Of a DNA stretch of 64,000 nt, positions 53,524 to 64,000 are shown piece by piece. Made by a program: the position numbers and the translations under genes. Numbering within the stretch: position 1 is the first letter of the stretch; the number at the start of each line of letters is the position of its first letter. The notes below the pieces were generated by a model. It saw nothing but the letters and a program-made list of their open reading frames with translations. It searched no databases and had not been told where the DNA came from. Source of the DNA: a virus; the IMG/VR virus record IMGVR_UViG_3300021130_000224, positions 1 to 64,000 of that record; one strand, 5' to 3'.

Positions 53524-56223
53524 ATGGCAAGTTATTTGTCAAAGCCTACTGAATATGCACCGTACCAACCTACAATTGATGCAGAGTTGTACGGAAAAAT
53601 GCTTATGAAGAAAGAAGCTGACTATCAAGAGGGAATCAAAAAAACTCAATCTGATATAAACTATCTTGGATCATTACCGGTAGGCAATGATGCAGATAGA
53701 CAATATCTGCAAGGTATTATACATGGCATTACTACTGAGATAAATAATAATGTAAATACCAACTGGTCAGATCAAAGTATCCAAAATATTACACATGATC
53801 ACATAAGCAAACTTGCCAACGATTATATTGTACAAACAGCTACAAAATCAGCTTTGCAATGGAAATCAGATAAACAAAAGGCAATAAAGAGTCAGGAAGA
53901 AAATGAAGGTAAGGATATTGCTAATCAGTACAATTTAGCTAAGACAAGTAATCCCTATTTGAATGCTGAAAAAGCAGGTACTGCTTATAAAGGTTCTTGG
54001 ATACCGTTTGTGGATATTAGTGAAGCTCGTACTAAAGTTGCAAAAGATGTACCAGTTGAAGAATGGACACAAAGCGATACAAAAGGTTTAGGTACTATGC
54101 AATATGCTGATATTGTAAACCAAAATTTTAAAGCAAGAAAACCTGATAAAATAAGAGATTCGCTTATTGGTTACATTGATACAAATCCTGGTGCTAAAAC
54201 ACAACTTGTTTTAGAGGCAGACTATGCATATAAAGATTACGATAAAGCAGCTACAGTAAATGAATTATATAATGCCAAGTTAAAAAACTTATCGCATTAT
54301 CAATTACAGTTAAATCAAAATAATAAAGATTTGACTTCTTTAGGTGATTTGAGCAATCCGGCTGTTGTTAAGAAAAGAGCTCAGTTAGAAAAAGAGCGTA
54401 AAATATTAGAAGGTAATTATAAAAAAGAGGCTTTAGATATTTACCAAAATGTAAATAATGAGGTTGAGTCAATTTGGGAAGATGAAAATAAACGAAGTGG
54501 TTTGTTCAATAATCTCTATAAAGAAAAATGGATACAGCAAGCTATAGATAATTATAGTTTCAATGATTCTCAAGGTATAACTATACAAGGACAAACAGCT
54601 TTCCAAAAACAAACGGCCTTTGCTCAAGGTAGCAGAGATCAACAAAAACTTGATTTAGAATTAAAAAAAGCTTTAGCTGAAAAAACAGCAAGCAAGGAAA
54701 ATGAATACGGTATAATAGTTCCTCAAGGTATTGCTTCAGATAAAGCAAACAGTTCATACGCAAAAGCAACTGATATAGTTCAGAAAAAAGATGAGCAGAT
54801 AAGTAGAAACTCGTTGAATTTATTATACAATGTATTTAGTGTAAATGGTGGTTTTGAAGGTTTAGAAAAAGATTATGATGGTAAAACTATTAAAATAACT
54901 AGACCGTATACTGCAGTCAATGTACCTGGAGTAGGTATACAAAATTTACCAACTCAGGTTTTTCTTGTAGGAGGTGAATACACTGACTCAAAAGGTAAAA
55001 AACGTACCTATGATGGTATGTTAAATCAGTTTATAAACTCTTACAGAAACGGCGAATACAAAAACACAAATAAATTAAGTGCTCAAGGTGGGGCTTTTAC
55101 AATAGGAGATGCTAACATAAAAGATATCCAAAAAATATCAGAAGATTTATACAACCAAGCAGATAAAAAACATCTTATTGCCACTACAGAAAAAGAAGTT
55201 TATAAAAAATTAAATATTCCAAATTTAGTCGATAACTTAAATAGTAATCCTATAAATGGAGTAAGTGGCAAGGATCTCATAAAGTATAATAGTTTACCCC
55301 AAAGTATTTTAGATGACTATCACGAGGCTTATGAAAAAGGCGTATATGACCCTAAAGATAGAAGTGAATATGAACTTAAAAATAAACTAAAAGAACAGGT
55401 TTCAAAATCATTAATAGAATATGGTTTAGATCCAAGCAAAATTTACAATATTAAGTATGCAAAAAGTGGTATTATAAAAGAAATAAAAGATAAAACAAAA
55501 GATGCAGCAGTTGAATTAAATAGAGCTTTTGAACAAAAAAATCTTATAACTACTCCCTTGATTAGAGAATGGACTGGCGATAAAGATGAGTTACATAAAT
55601 TAAGTAGGGAAGATGTACAAAATTCAAGAGCAAGAGCTATAAAAACTTTTGCACAAACTTTTGTAAGTCAACCTGGAGCAGATGCCAAATTAATAGGAGA
55701 TGCCCAAAAAATTGTTAGTTTTTATGAAGATAAACAAAAAGGTAAAGTAGATGATTATCCTACTTTACATTATACTCAAGATCCTGATACCAAAGAATAT
55801 ATTTTGACTGTAGAAAAAGGTGGTGAACAGGTTAACTTACCTGTAAAACAAGATCAGGCAAAACTATGGAAATGGGATCCTACTATAGGTGAAGTCAGTG
55901 ATCTTGAACAAACAATAAGATGGAATAGATATGGCTCAACTATTCCTACAAATCCTTCAAGTGGTAAACCGGAAGTAATGAGTTTTGAGAATGCAAGACA
56001 CATCGGTACATTAGGAAATAAGGAATTAAGATACCATGTTGTTCCAAGAAATAGTTATAGTGGTGAAACAGAATATACTGTTTATTTTTATGACAAGGAA
56101 GTAGATAGTTCAAAAGAACCTGAAGTAAAAGTACAACCTGTACCAGATAATGATTTGAACAGATTGGGACAATCTATTGAATTACACAAAGAACAAATTC
56201 AACAACAAAACAAAAGAAAATAA
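53524..56223 (+). CDS. large virion cargo/ejection protein
   Basis: 899 aa directly before the giant protein, as in the crAss vRNAP locus. Confidence 0.7.
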   Translation: MASYLSKPTEYAPYQPTIDAELYGKMLMKKEADYQEGIKKTQSDINYLGSLPVGNDADRQYLQGIIHGITTEINNNVNTNWSDQSIQNITHDHISKLANDYIVQTATKSALQWKSDKQKAIKSQEENEGKDIANQYNLAKTSNPYLNAEKAGTAYKGSWIPFVDISEARTKVAKDVPVEEWTQSDTKGLGTMQYADIVNQNFKARKPDKIRDSLIGYIDTNPGAKTQLVLEADYAYKDYDKAATVNELYNAKLKNLSHYQLQLNQNNKDLTSLGDLSNPAVVKKRAQLEKERKILEGNYKKEALDIYQNVNNEVESIWEDENKRSGLFNNLYKEKWIQQAIDNYSFNDSQGITIQGQTAFQKQTAFAQGSRDQQKLDLELKKALAEKTASKENEYGIIVPQGIASDKANSSYAKATDIVQKKDEQISRNSLNLLYNVFSVNGGFEGLEKDYDGKTIKITRPYTAVNVPGVGIQNLPTQVFLVGGEYTDSKGKKRTYDGMLNQFINSYRNGEYKNTNKLSAQGGAFTIGDANIKDIQKISEDLYNQADKKHLIATTEKEVYKKLNIPNLVDNLNSNPINGVSGKDLIKYNSLPQSILDDYHEAYEKGVYDPKDRSEYELKNKLKEQVSKSLIEYGLDPSKIYNIKYAKSGIIKEIKDKTKDAAVELNRAFEQKNLITTPLIREWTGDKDELHKLSREDVQNSRARAIKTFAQTFVSQPGADAKLIGDAQKIVSFYEDKQKGKVDDYPTLHYTQDPDTKEYILTVEKGGEQVNLPVKQDQAKLWKWDPTIGEVSDLEQTIRWNRYGSTIPTNPSSGKPEVMSFENARHIGTLGNKELRYHVVPRNSYSGETEYTVYFYDKEVDSSKEPEVKVQPVPDNDLNRLGQSIELHKEQIQQQNKRK

Positions 56224-56225
56224 TT

Positions 56226-59200
56226 ATGCCAGGTACAGATCAGTTTGGATTTCCAACTTTGCCTAATATGGATAATTCTCAGAAAGATGCAAATCAAACA
56301 CTTTCTGAAAACCAAAATAATGTAGTAAACCCTGCGTTTGTCTTACCTTCTCTTACAAGGGAGTCAAAAAACTTGATACCGAATAAAAGTTCTGCAAGTG
56401 GGGTTTTTGATGACATAATGAAAACTGCAGAAACCCTTACAAGTAAAGGGCCTTCATTAACTGAGCTTACTACTAAAACTGCACAGGATGTTCCAAAAGA
56501 ATACCGTACAGGTAAATTTCCTATGTATTATGGTCCAGAAACTGAAGATTTTTATGGTAAGTCTCAGGGTACCGGAGAAAAGTTATTGTATGGTGTAGGC
56601 AGAGGTATATCTTCAGGTTCACGAGCATTTCTTCAATCTACAGTAGGACTGGTAAATGACATAGCATCTGTATCTACTGGTGGAAGCTTTACTGACAATA
56701 ACTTAAACAAATGGTTTGATACATGGCAAAAAGCAGATGATCTTGATATGCCTCTGTATCAAACAAAAGAAGAAAGAGATAGATCAGGTTGGGATCCAAG
56801 AGGTTGGGTAACTGGTAATAATGTTGCTCACTTTATAGAAAGTTTGGGCTTTATGGCAGGTATGGCAGGTGGTGCATATGTTACTGCCGGTGCTGGAGAA
56901 TTTGCCATAGGGGCAAGAGTAACTGGATCCATAATGGCAGCATATGATGAAGCTATTGCTAGTTTCTCAGAATTAGCTGCTAAACAAGCTATATTAGTAG
57001 GAGTAGAGGATGGCGAAGTTGTAGCAAAGGCTTTGTCTCAACAGTTAATGAATGATGTAAAAGCTATTCAAGCAGAAGCTACAAGCGGTGCAGTAAAGCT
57101 TGATAAAGTAAATAAACTACTCAATGCAAGTAAAGCTGACCTTGATGCAAAATATGCAGCAAAGTTATTAGGTGCAGAAAAAATAAAGCAAACTATTTAT
57201 GGTGGTATAGGTAATTTAGGTATAGCATCTTCAGCAGGTTTTGAGGCAAAAGAACAGTTCAAACAGAACTACATTGACTCAATGCGTGAAAGAGGTTTTG
57301 AACTAACACCTGAAGAACTTCAAAAGCTTGAAGGTGTTTCTACAAGTGTTGCAAGATGGACAGCTACTGTTACAGGTGCACTGGGAGCTATTTCTTTTGG
57401 TCATGCATTTAAAGGAATTGTTGCAAAAGGAGAAGCCGAAACAGCAGTAAGAGAAGAAATAAATAATCTTGTAAACAAAGAAATACTTACTTCTGAAGAA
57501 ATAGCTGCAAATAAAATAGCTAAAACTGCTACAGGGCCTCATATAGAAGGTAAAACAGAATACGTTGATCCTACACAAGCAACAAAGAAAGCAGATAACT
57601 TTATAGGAAAGGTTACTCAGAGTGCACGTAGAGTAGGTAAAGTTGCTGGACAAAATATTGGAAAAATATATGATCCATTTGGTGCTATTACAATGGCTGA
57701 GTTTTCAATGGTGTCACCTGCTATAGAAAACTATTTTTCAAAGCAATACCAAACAGGTGATGCTGACGTATGGGCAGATGCAATAGGTCCTAATCTTGAA
57801 AGAGTATTTGGTACAAAAGAAGGCATAGGAGAACTTATATCAGGTGGCCTTGCAAGTGGATTTTTCCAGGTGGGTGAAAACATAAAAACATCTGGAAAAA
57901 GGAAGAGTGCAACGGAAGCTGCAGCAAATGGAATGAATAAAACTTACATGGGCACTTACCTTAAAGATCTTACTCAGTCCATCAAGGTAGGTAGAGCATT
58001 TGATGAAGAAGAAAAAGATGCTATAATGTCCGGTGACAAAAAGAAACAGTATGACTCAAGAATGTCAAAACTGTTTGCATACATGTTACCAAGAGTAAAG
58101 CATGGTAAGTTAGAATACATTAAATCCGATATAAGAGGTTATCGTGAGCTTCTTGCTACTGATGAGGGCCGTAAACAATTACGTGCAAGTGGAGAATTGC
58201 CGGCAGAAGGTGATCTGGTAAAACAAGCAGAAGAGCTTAATCAACATCTTAATAAGATAGAAGCTTATGCTGAGAATGCAGATAAGACTTATAAAGCTCT
58301 TCGTTTAAACCATGGTTCCGACCCAAGATTTAAAGATGAAGTTTTTGAAAAGTTGTTATATGCTTCTTCAATGATTGATAACGCATCCGAAAGAATCGTT
58401 AATATTTCAAAAGAACTTGATACCAATAAAGATATTACTCCTCAGATAAGAACTCAACTTGTTGAACTTCAAAAGTTAATGAGCAGACCTCTTACTGCAG
58501 AAGAATCATTTGAACTTCTTAAAAATCTTGGTGAATCAAGAGAAGAAATTATTAATAAACTTTCAGGTAGAAAGAATATTAGTGATCTTAGAAATAAGAT
58601 AGTTTCTAACATAAAAGGTTTAAGTATTAATGAGACTAAGCAACAAGAGCTTATTGGTAAGATGGGTGATATGCTTAAATTAACCAATAGTAAAACTGGT
58701 TATTTAAAAGATTATCAGACAATGATACTTAACCCTGAAATGGCTCATGATTTTAGTAGGAACAGCTTACCTGGTTTCCATGAAGAAATGCCCATGGGTA
58801 AAGGAGAAGGAGAAGAAGGTGGTCCGGAGAAACTTACAAAGACCATAAAAGTAAAACATGCAGGTAGTCCTTTTATACTAGGATCAGATGGTAAAAAGAT
58901 ATTTACCCCTTCTGACCTTGAGGTAGGTGAGGAGTATATAGGTGGTGTAAGAGAACTTTATGATGAATATAAAGGTGAGCCTACCAAAATGAAAAACTTC
59001 CCTAAATTCAGATTAGAAGGGGAGGTTGAAAAAGAAAGACAGACAAGTAAAGGTATTCTTAAAGAAAAGAAGATATTAATAAGTGTACCAGTAGGAGAGA
59101 ATGGTGATAGAAGATACATGGAAATTGATCCCAAAGTATTTGAAAAGTATAAACTTACAAAACTTAAAGATCTTCAAAAAAATGAAGAGGCAATGTTCTA

Positions 59201-62200
59201 TGTAAATCATGCAAATGATGTATTTACATATGAATTTCAGAAAGGTAACTCTGATGCAATAAAAGATGGCATTATAACTTTTGATAAGGATAAAAATGTT
59301 TTAGCCTTCCGTTACAGAAGCAATGATGGCAAGGTAAGAGATCATGTTATTGATTTACAAAGAGCACTTGAAGAAGACAGACTAAAGTTTAAAGACAGTA
59401 AAAAAGAAATAAGTAAAGAAGAATATGATAGAATTAAAAACTATCGTGATCCTAACTATACAATGAAAGCTGCTCGTCAAATAGAAATAATTGATGAAGC
59501 TACTAAAGAGTACAGAACAGAACTGGAAGAAGTTAAAGGTAGAATAAAAGAACGTGAAGATTTGCTTGGTCAACTTCAGGATACCATTGCTGGTATTCAG
59601 GAGAAAATGAAAAAACAAGGTACTACTAAAAAATCTTTAACTCAGTACACAAAAGAACTTGTGTACATGCAGGAATTACATGATTCTTTACATGATGACC
59701 TTGAGCCATTGCTTGCAAGAAGGGAAGAACTGCAATCTCATTCTGACATAGTAGAAGGTTTAAAAAGTAATATACTTAACCATCCTAACGGTGTTGAGTT
59801 TATTGAATACTTGAAAAAATCTCAAGAGAACATAAAAGCTGAGAAAGAGAAAAACGATACTGCAATTGAGCATCTGAAAGGTCTTATTTCAAAAGCAAAA
59901 GATTTTATTGTCACTCTGAAAGATTCATTACTCAAGAGAATAGCAAAGTTTGAAGCAAGGTATCCGAGTGAAACACCAGGACGTATAGGAGAAATGTCTC
60001 AAAGTGAAGCTAATACTTTGTTGACAATACTAAGAGCTAATGAGTATGATTTCCCTAAAAAACAAGGTATTACCTATGACGATAGTTCTCTTTGGAAAGA
60101 AGAACAAATAGGTACTCAGAATCCATCAAGGTTGACAGAGCAAACAAGAGCACTTAAAGAGTTCTTAGAAACAAACAGAGACTTCTTTAAAGATCGAGAT
60201 GAAATACTAAAGGATACTAATATACTTGATGTTAAAGAAAATGAAATAGAAGCTAATGAAAAAGCTATTGCTGAATTATTAGCTGATAATAAGGAACTTG
60301 AAAAAGTCTTTAATATTCTCGACAAGATAACTAAACAGTTTGAAGAAGAGTATAAGAGATGGAAAGAAGATGTTGTACTTACTCAAGCATACCGGGAATC
60401 ACCAAGTGCACAAAGGGTTCTTAGAGAAATGCAAGCAGCAATGAATGCAAACTCTTTACCTATTGTCCCTACATCTTTACTTGATAAAGCTGTAAGGGCC
60501 GTGTTAAGAAAAATACCGTTTTTTAAAATGAAGGGTTTACAACGAAATCCTTTTGCTGATAGTATTATAGTTGATAGTACAAATAAAAATACTTCTTTTT
60601 ATCAGCAACACAATAACTGGCCTGATAGAGAAAGAGATTTTACAGCTAATCTTACTAAATGGTCATTTAAGTTAAATGGCAGTAAGTTTGGTTTAGGTAG
60701 TGCTATAGAGCCTGATAATGTAAAGGTAATGGTAGTTAATACCGGCAACCAATCTGCTTTTGGTTTTGAAGGTTTTGTACCTGAGAGTTATCAGAGTTAT
60801 GATAAATCAGAAACTATTTTCAACAAAGGAGAAAATAGAGATAACTCAAGAGCACAGGTAGCACTTGTTTATACATATCAAGATGAATCAGGTAGGACAT
60901 TTACTATAGATAAAGATGGTAATCTTTTATCTGAAATAAAACCGGGTGCAGAACAACATGATTTTGACAACATGGTGTTTACCTACCTTGATCACTCAAA
61001 CCTTAAAAGAACAGGTGCATATAGAGCAGGAGAGAGTAAATTTTATGATGCTGAAAGTTTTAGTCAAGATGAACTAAATGCTATTCAAGCAAGTGCTACA
61101 TCAATGCGTAAAAAGCTTCTTGATCTAAATGGTCAATTGTTGCTTGATTTTGATGTAATGGGAGGTTTTATTAATAAACCTAAAGAACTGGATGAGGAAA
61201 TTTCTGATGGTACGGAAGGTGATGAAGAACCAAAGAAGAAGCCGGTAATTAACAGAAGTGTTACAGAAGTAGGTTTAATGTCTGATTCAGATCTAAGTAA
61301 GCCAAATATTCTTGCTGTAGCAACTGACGTAGATCCTGAAAACAATAAAGTAGCCAGAGTAGATGGAGAACTTATACCTACTGCTTTACCATTTTTAAGA
61401 TTGAAATCTGGTAAACCGGTAATACTTACAACTAATAGGTTTACAAAAGAGCAGGCTGAGAACATTTATAATGTTCTGAAAAAGATTGCTAATTCAATGT
61501 TCAGAGCATATGGTAAATCAGAAGGTTCTGCTGAAGAAGGTGCAGTTGATAGATTGAGAAATGTTTCTACTGGTAAAGAAATAAGTGCTATGTGGAGATA
61601 CCTTTCTACAATATCTTATTTCCGTAGACCAGAAGAAGGAGAGACTCTTGACAGAAATCAATTCTACCTTGATGGAAAAGGTAATATTGTAATGGGTAAA
61701 ACGTCATGGAAATTTGATCCTAAGACACTTAATGATCCCGAAGTAAAAGAAAAGATAATTACAATTATTGCCGGCTCTGACAAAATACCAGGCCTATTCC
61801 ATAATGTGGATAGTCTTTCTTTACGTGAAAGAGGTACTGAACCTTTTGAAGAATACATTGTTGATGATAATGGTAATGTAAAAGAGGTTAGAACCTGGGA
61901 AACTTTAAATCATTGGTATCTATCAGATAAATATCCTGATGGTACGGCAAGAAATAAATCAGAGAATGATAATAACATTCCTGTGACTATCAATGCAAAT
62001 GTACCTTCTTCTACCGGTGATGTTGCCATAGAAGGTCGTTACATTAAGGTAAGAGGTATTGGTGAAGAATACAAGCCTAAGATAAAGGAAAAGAAAACAG
62101 AACAGACTCACCCGAGTGCTGCACCCAAGCCAAAGGCTCCTGAACCTCAATCTGCTCAAGGTAAAACTGAACCAATAGAAGAGTTTTCTTTTGAACTAAA

Positions 62201-64000
62201 TGGTAATAAATATCCAATAACAGATGGTAAAATTGAAATAGTTCAAGATTATACTACTTATACTATTATCCCTAAAATAGAAGGCAATAATATAAAAATT
62301 GAAAATGCTCAATGGTCAATTAAAGATCCTAAAACAGGAGAAGTTAAAACAGCAGAAGCTAAAACAGCTTTAAAAGACGTATTTGAACAAAAACTTAAAG
62401 AGCAATATGCTGATCATTTAGCTAAACAAGCTGAAGCAAATAAACCTGCAGAACCTGTAGTTACTACTGATGTACCTGTATCGGATATAGAAGCTAGAAG
62501 AGCTGAGATAGAAATAAAAATACAGGAAAAATTAAAACAACTTGATGAAAGTGATAAAAGGTCATTAGAGGCAATAATGCCTAATAATCCTAATCATCCT
62601 ACATTTAAAGTAGGCATGAGATATAATGATGGCATGAGAGTAATTATTCAAAATGCTAAACCTTCAGATAATTTTGATGGTAGAGAAGATAGTTATATTG
62701 CAATTACTAAAATAATTGAACCTGCTGAATATAGAGCTGATGGTAAAATGACTAAAGCTGCTAAAATTGAAACTACAATATTCAATACTAAAGAAGAAGC
62801 TGATAAAGCTATTGCAGATACCTATGCCAAAATTCAAGCACAGGTAAAAGAAGGTAAACGTCAAAAAGATGCAAATGCTAAATTTGATACAGAACTTGCT
62901 GCTTTAGATAAAGAAGGTACAAGTACTACAGAAGAACCTCAAGTAATACCTGCTGAACCTCAAATAGAAACTAAATCAGGTAAGCCTGAAACTACAAGTA
63001 ATGTTGTAGAAAGTGTTAGAGAAAAAGCACAAAGACTAAAAGACCAACTTAATGGCAATCCTCCTAATACAAGGATTGTACAACCTGGAGAAGTAGCTGT
63101 TAGTGATCACAAAGGACACGAAGAATTTATTACTTGGTTGAAAGATAAATTACCGGGTGTTAAGTATAATGAACTGCACGATGTTGTAAGAATAACAGGT
63201 GCTAAATCTGCATGGGGTATAGCGAAAGATCACATTATTAGTGTATTTAAAGATGCACCACTTAGTGCAAAATATCACGAAGCATTTCACCCTGTATTTG
63301 ATGTGTTTCTTACTGACAGAGAAAAAGCTAATGTGATCAGAGAGTTTAAGAATAGACAAGGTAAGTTCTTTGATTTAGGTTCAGGTAAGTATATAAACTT
63401 TGCAGATGCTACTGTATATCAAATTGCAGATAGACTTGCTGAAGAGTTTGGTATATATAAGACTACCGGTAAAATGCCGGAATATACCCCTAAACAGCAG
63501 AATTTCTTTAAAAGATTGTGGGCAGCATTAACGAACATCTTCCGTACACCAACAACTATAGATAGTATCTTTAAAAAAGTAGATGAAGGTGGTTTTAGAA
63601 ATACAGAACCATTACGTGAAATAGGTATTAATAACTACAGTACTGTACAAGGATTAAGAAATAGATTTACTGAGCAGGAAATATCTGCCAATGTAAAAGG
63701 TATAGCACTTGAGATATACAGAAATCTTAGATTAGATACTGGTAAAATGCTTAAAACTCTTGAAGGTAAAACTACATTCAAGGAGTTAATTGATCCCATA
63801 AAAGAACTATTTAACTGGAGATTTCATCTTGAAGATTCTGAAGCTAAATTTATGGAGAACGGTGTATTTACAATACATGCACCTGATTCTCCATTTGGTG
63901 ATGTACAGAAAGATAGTTTAACTCAAAATTGGCAAAATGTTCTTGATAACTGGGATGATTACATGTCAGAAGTAAAGTCTTTCCTTAAAACAAAGGGTAT
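56226..64000 (+). CDS. giant virion protein (>2590 aa, 3' end outside the window), probable ejected RNA-polymerase-associated polyprotein with a zincin domain
   Basis: ATG at 56226; no closed plus-strand ORF is listed beyond it; in-frame HEAFH at 63276 followed by LAEEF; G/A-rich hydrophobic N-terminal segments. The RNAP catalytic motif is not seen in this window. Confidence 0.8.
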   Translation, partial: MPGTDQFGFPTLPNMDNSQKDANQTLSENQNNVVNPAFVLPSLTRESKNLIPNKSSASGVFDDIMKTAETLTSKGPSLTELTTKTAQDVPKEYRTGKFPMYYGPETEDFYGKSQGTGEKLLYGVGRGISSGSRAFLQSTVGLVNDIASVSTGGSFTDNNLNKWFDTWQKADDLDMPLYQTKEERDRSGWDPRGWVTGNNVAHFIESLGFMAGMAGGAYVTAGAGEFAIGARVTGSIMAAYDEAIASFSELAAKQAILVGVEDGEVVAKALSQQLMNDVKAIQAEATSGAVKLDKVNKLLNASKADLDAKYAAKLLGAEKIKQTIYGGIGNLGIASSAGFEAKEQFKQNYIDSMRERGFELTPEELQKLEGVSTSVARWTATVTGALGAISFGHAFKGIVAKGEAETAVREEINNLVNKEILTSEEIAANKIAKTATGPHIEGKTEYVDPTQATKKADNFIGKVTQSARRVGKVAGQNIGKIYDPFGAITMAEFSMVSPAIENYFSKQYQTGDADVWADAIGPNLERVFGTKEGIGELISGGLASGFFQVGENIKTSGKRKSATEAAANGMNKTYMGTYLKDLTQSIKVGRAFDEEEKDAIMSGDKKKQYDSRMSKLFAYMLPRVKHGKLEYIKSDIRGYRELLATDEGRKQLRASGELPAEGDLVKQAEELNQHLNKIEAYAENADKTYKALRLNHGSDPRFKDEVFEKLLYASSMIDNASERIVNISKELDTNKDITPQIRTQLVELQKLMSRPLTAEESFELLKNLGESREEIINKLSGRKNISDLRNKIVSNIKGLSINETKQQELIGKMGDMLKLTNSKTGYLKDYQTMILNPEMAHDFSRNSLPGFHEEMPMGKGEGEEGGPEKLTKTIKVKHAGSPFILGSDGKKIFTPSDLEVGEEYIGGVRELYDEYKGEPTKMKNFPKFRLEGEVEKERQTSKGILKEKKILISVPVGENGDRRYMEIDPKVFEKYKLTKLKDLQKNEEAMFYVNHANDVFTYEFQKGNSDAIKDGIITFDKDKNVLAFRYRSNDGKVRDHVIDLQRALEEDRLKFKDSKKEISKEEYDRIKNYRDPNYTMKAARQIEIIDEATKEYRTELEEVKGRIKEREDLLGQLQDTIAGIQEKMKKQGTTKKSLTQYTKELVYMQELHDSLHDDLEPLLARREELQSHSDIVEGLKSNILNHPNGVEFIEYLKKSQENIKAEKEKNDTAIEHLKGLISKAKDFIVTLKDSLLKRIAKFEARYPSETPGRIGEMSQSEANTLLTILRANEYDFPKKQGITYDDSSLWKEEQIGTQNPSRLTEQTRALKEFLETNRDFFKDRDEILKDTNILDVKENEIEANEKAIAELLADNKELEKVFNILDKITKQFEEEYKRWKEDVVLTQAYRESPSAQRVLREMQAAMNANSLPIVPTSLLDKAVRAVLRKIPFFKMKGLQRNPFADSIIVDSTNKNTSFYQQHNNWPDRERDFTANLTKWSFKLNGSKFGLGSAIEPDNVKVMVVNTGNQSAFGFEGFVPESYQSYDKSETIFNKGENRDNSRAQVALVYTYQDESGRTFTIDKDGNLLSEIKPGAEQHDFDNMVFTYLDHSNLKRTGAYRAGESKFYDAESFSQDELNAIQASATSMRKKLLDLNGQLLLDFDVMGGFINKPKELDEEISDGTEGDEEPKKKPVINRSVTEVGLMSDSDLSKPNILAVATDVDPENNKVARVDGELIPTALPFLRLKSGKPVILTTNRFTKEQAENIYNVLKKIANSMFRAYGKSEGSAEEGAVDRLRNVSTGKEISAMWRYLSTISYFRRPEEGETLDRNQFYLDGKGNIVMGKTSWKFDPKTLNDPEVKEKIITIIAGSDKIPGLFHNVDSLSLRERGTEPFEEYIVDDNGNVKEVRTWETLNHWYLSDKYPDGTARNKSENDNNIPVTINANVPSSTGDVAIEGRYIKVRGIGEEYKPKIKEKKTEQTHPSAAPKPKAPEPQSAQGKTEPIEEFSFELNGNKYPITDGKIEIVQDYTTYTIIPKIEGNNIKIENAQWSIKDPKTGEVKTAEAKTALKDVFEQKLKEQYADHLAKQAEANKPAEPVVTTDVPVSDIEARRAEIEIKIQEKLKQLDESDKRSLEAIMPNNPNHPTFKVGMRYNDGMRVIIQNAKPSDNFDGREDSYIAITKIIEPAEYRADGKMTKAAKIETTIFNTKEEADKAIADTYAKIQAQVKEGKRQKDANAKFDTELAALDKEGTSTTEEPQVIPAEPQIETKSGKPETTSNVVESVREKAQRLKDQLNGNPPNTRIVQPGEVAVSDHKGHEEFITWLKDKLPGVKYNELHDVVRITGAKSAWGIAKDHIISVFKDAPLSAKYHEAFHPVFDVFLTDREKANVIREFKNRQGKFFDLGSGKYINFADATVYQIADRLAEEFGIYKTTGKMPEYTPKQQNFFKRLWAALTNIFRTPTTIDSIFKKVDEGGFRNTEPLREIGINNYSTVQGLRNRFTEQEISANVKGIALEIYRNLRLDTGKMLKTLEGKTTFKELIDPIKELFNWRFHLEDSEAKFMENGVFTIHAPDSPFGDVQKDSLTQNWQNVLDNWDDYMSEVKSFLKTKG

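Noticed and set aside
56226-64000. Firm call as RNA polymerase catalytic subunit
   Set aside because: No DxDxD catalytic motif was recognised in the portion present; the assignment rests on position and size.
1-64000. Prophage in a bacterial chromosome
   Set aside because: No host housekeeping genes, integrase or repressor are present; the whole window is phage-like.

Overview
A 64-kb segment of a large, AT-rich, lytic-type dsDNA phage with the gene order and marker proteins of crAss-like phages (Crassvirales). The host is most likely a member of Bacteroidota, judging from several TTTG-N19/20-TAnnTTTG sigma-A promoters. Positions 1-14.2 kb are a minus-strand accessory region of short genes. 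It holds a frameshift-interrupted spore-photoproduct-lyase-like radical SAM gene, a phage adenine methyltransferase, two homing endonucleases and an RNA cluster: tmRNA with an unusually long 26-aa tag, tRNA-Arg(UCU) and tRNA-Gln(UUG). Directly upstream of that cluster are an Sm/Hfq-like gene and an unannotated 59-aa RS/WS dipeptide-repeat ORF. Transcription diverges at a G-tract-rich spacer near 14.3 kb. From 14.4 kb to the end is the plus-strand morphogenesis region: NTase-like protein, GroES-like protein, IHF-like proteins, terminase with a LAGLIDADG intein, portal, scaffold-like protein, major capsid, ring and auxiliary capsid proteins, GH108 lysin with holin-like genes, Cys-rich tail and fibre genes, tail-stabilisation (muzzle) protein, modular cargo proteins, and a >2500-codon virion protein that runs off the window. 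The standard genetic code fits. The best candidate for an undescribed system is the Sm-like protein / RS-WS peptide / hairpin / tmRNA / tRNA locus at 7.37-8.65 kb. All protein family calls are motif recognition by eye, not database searches.
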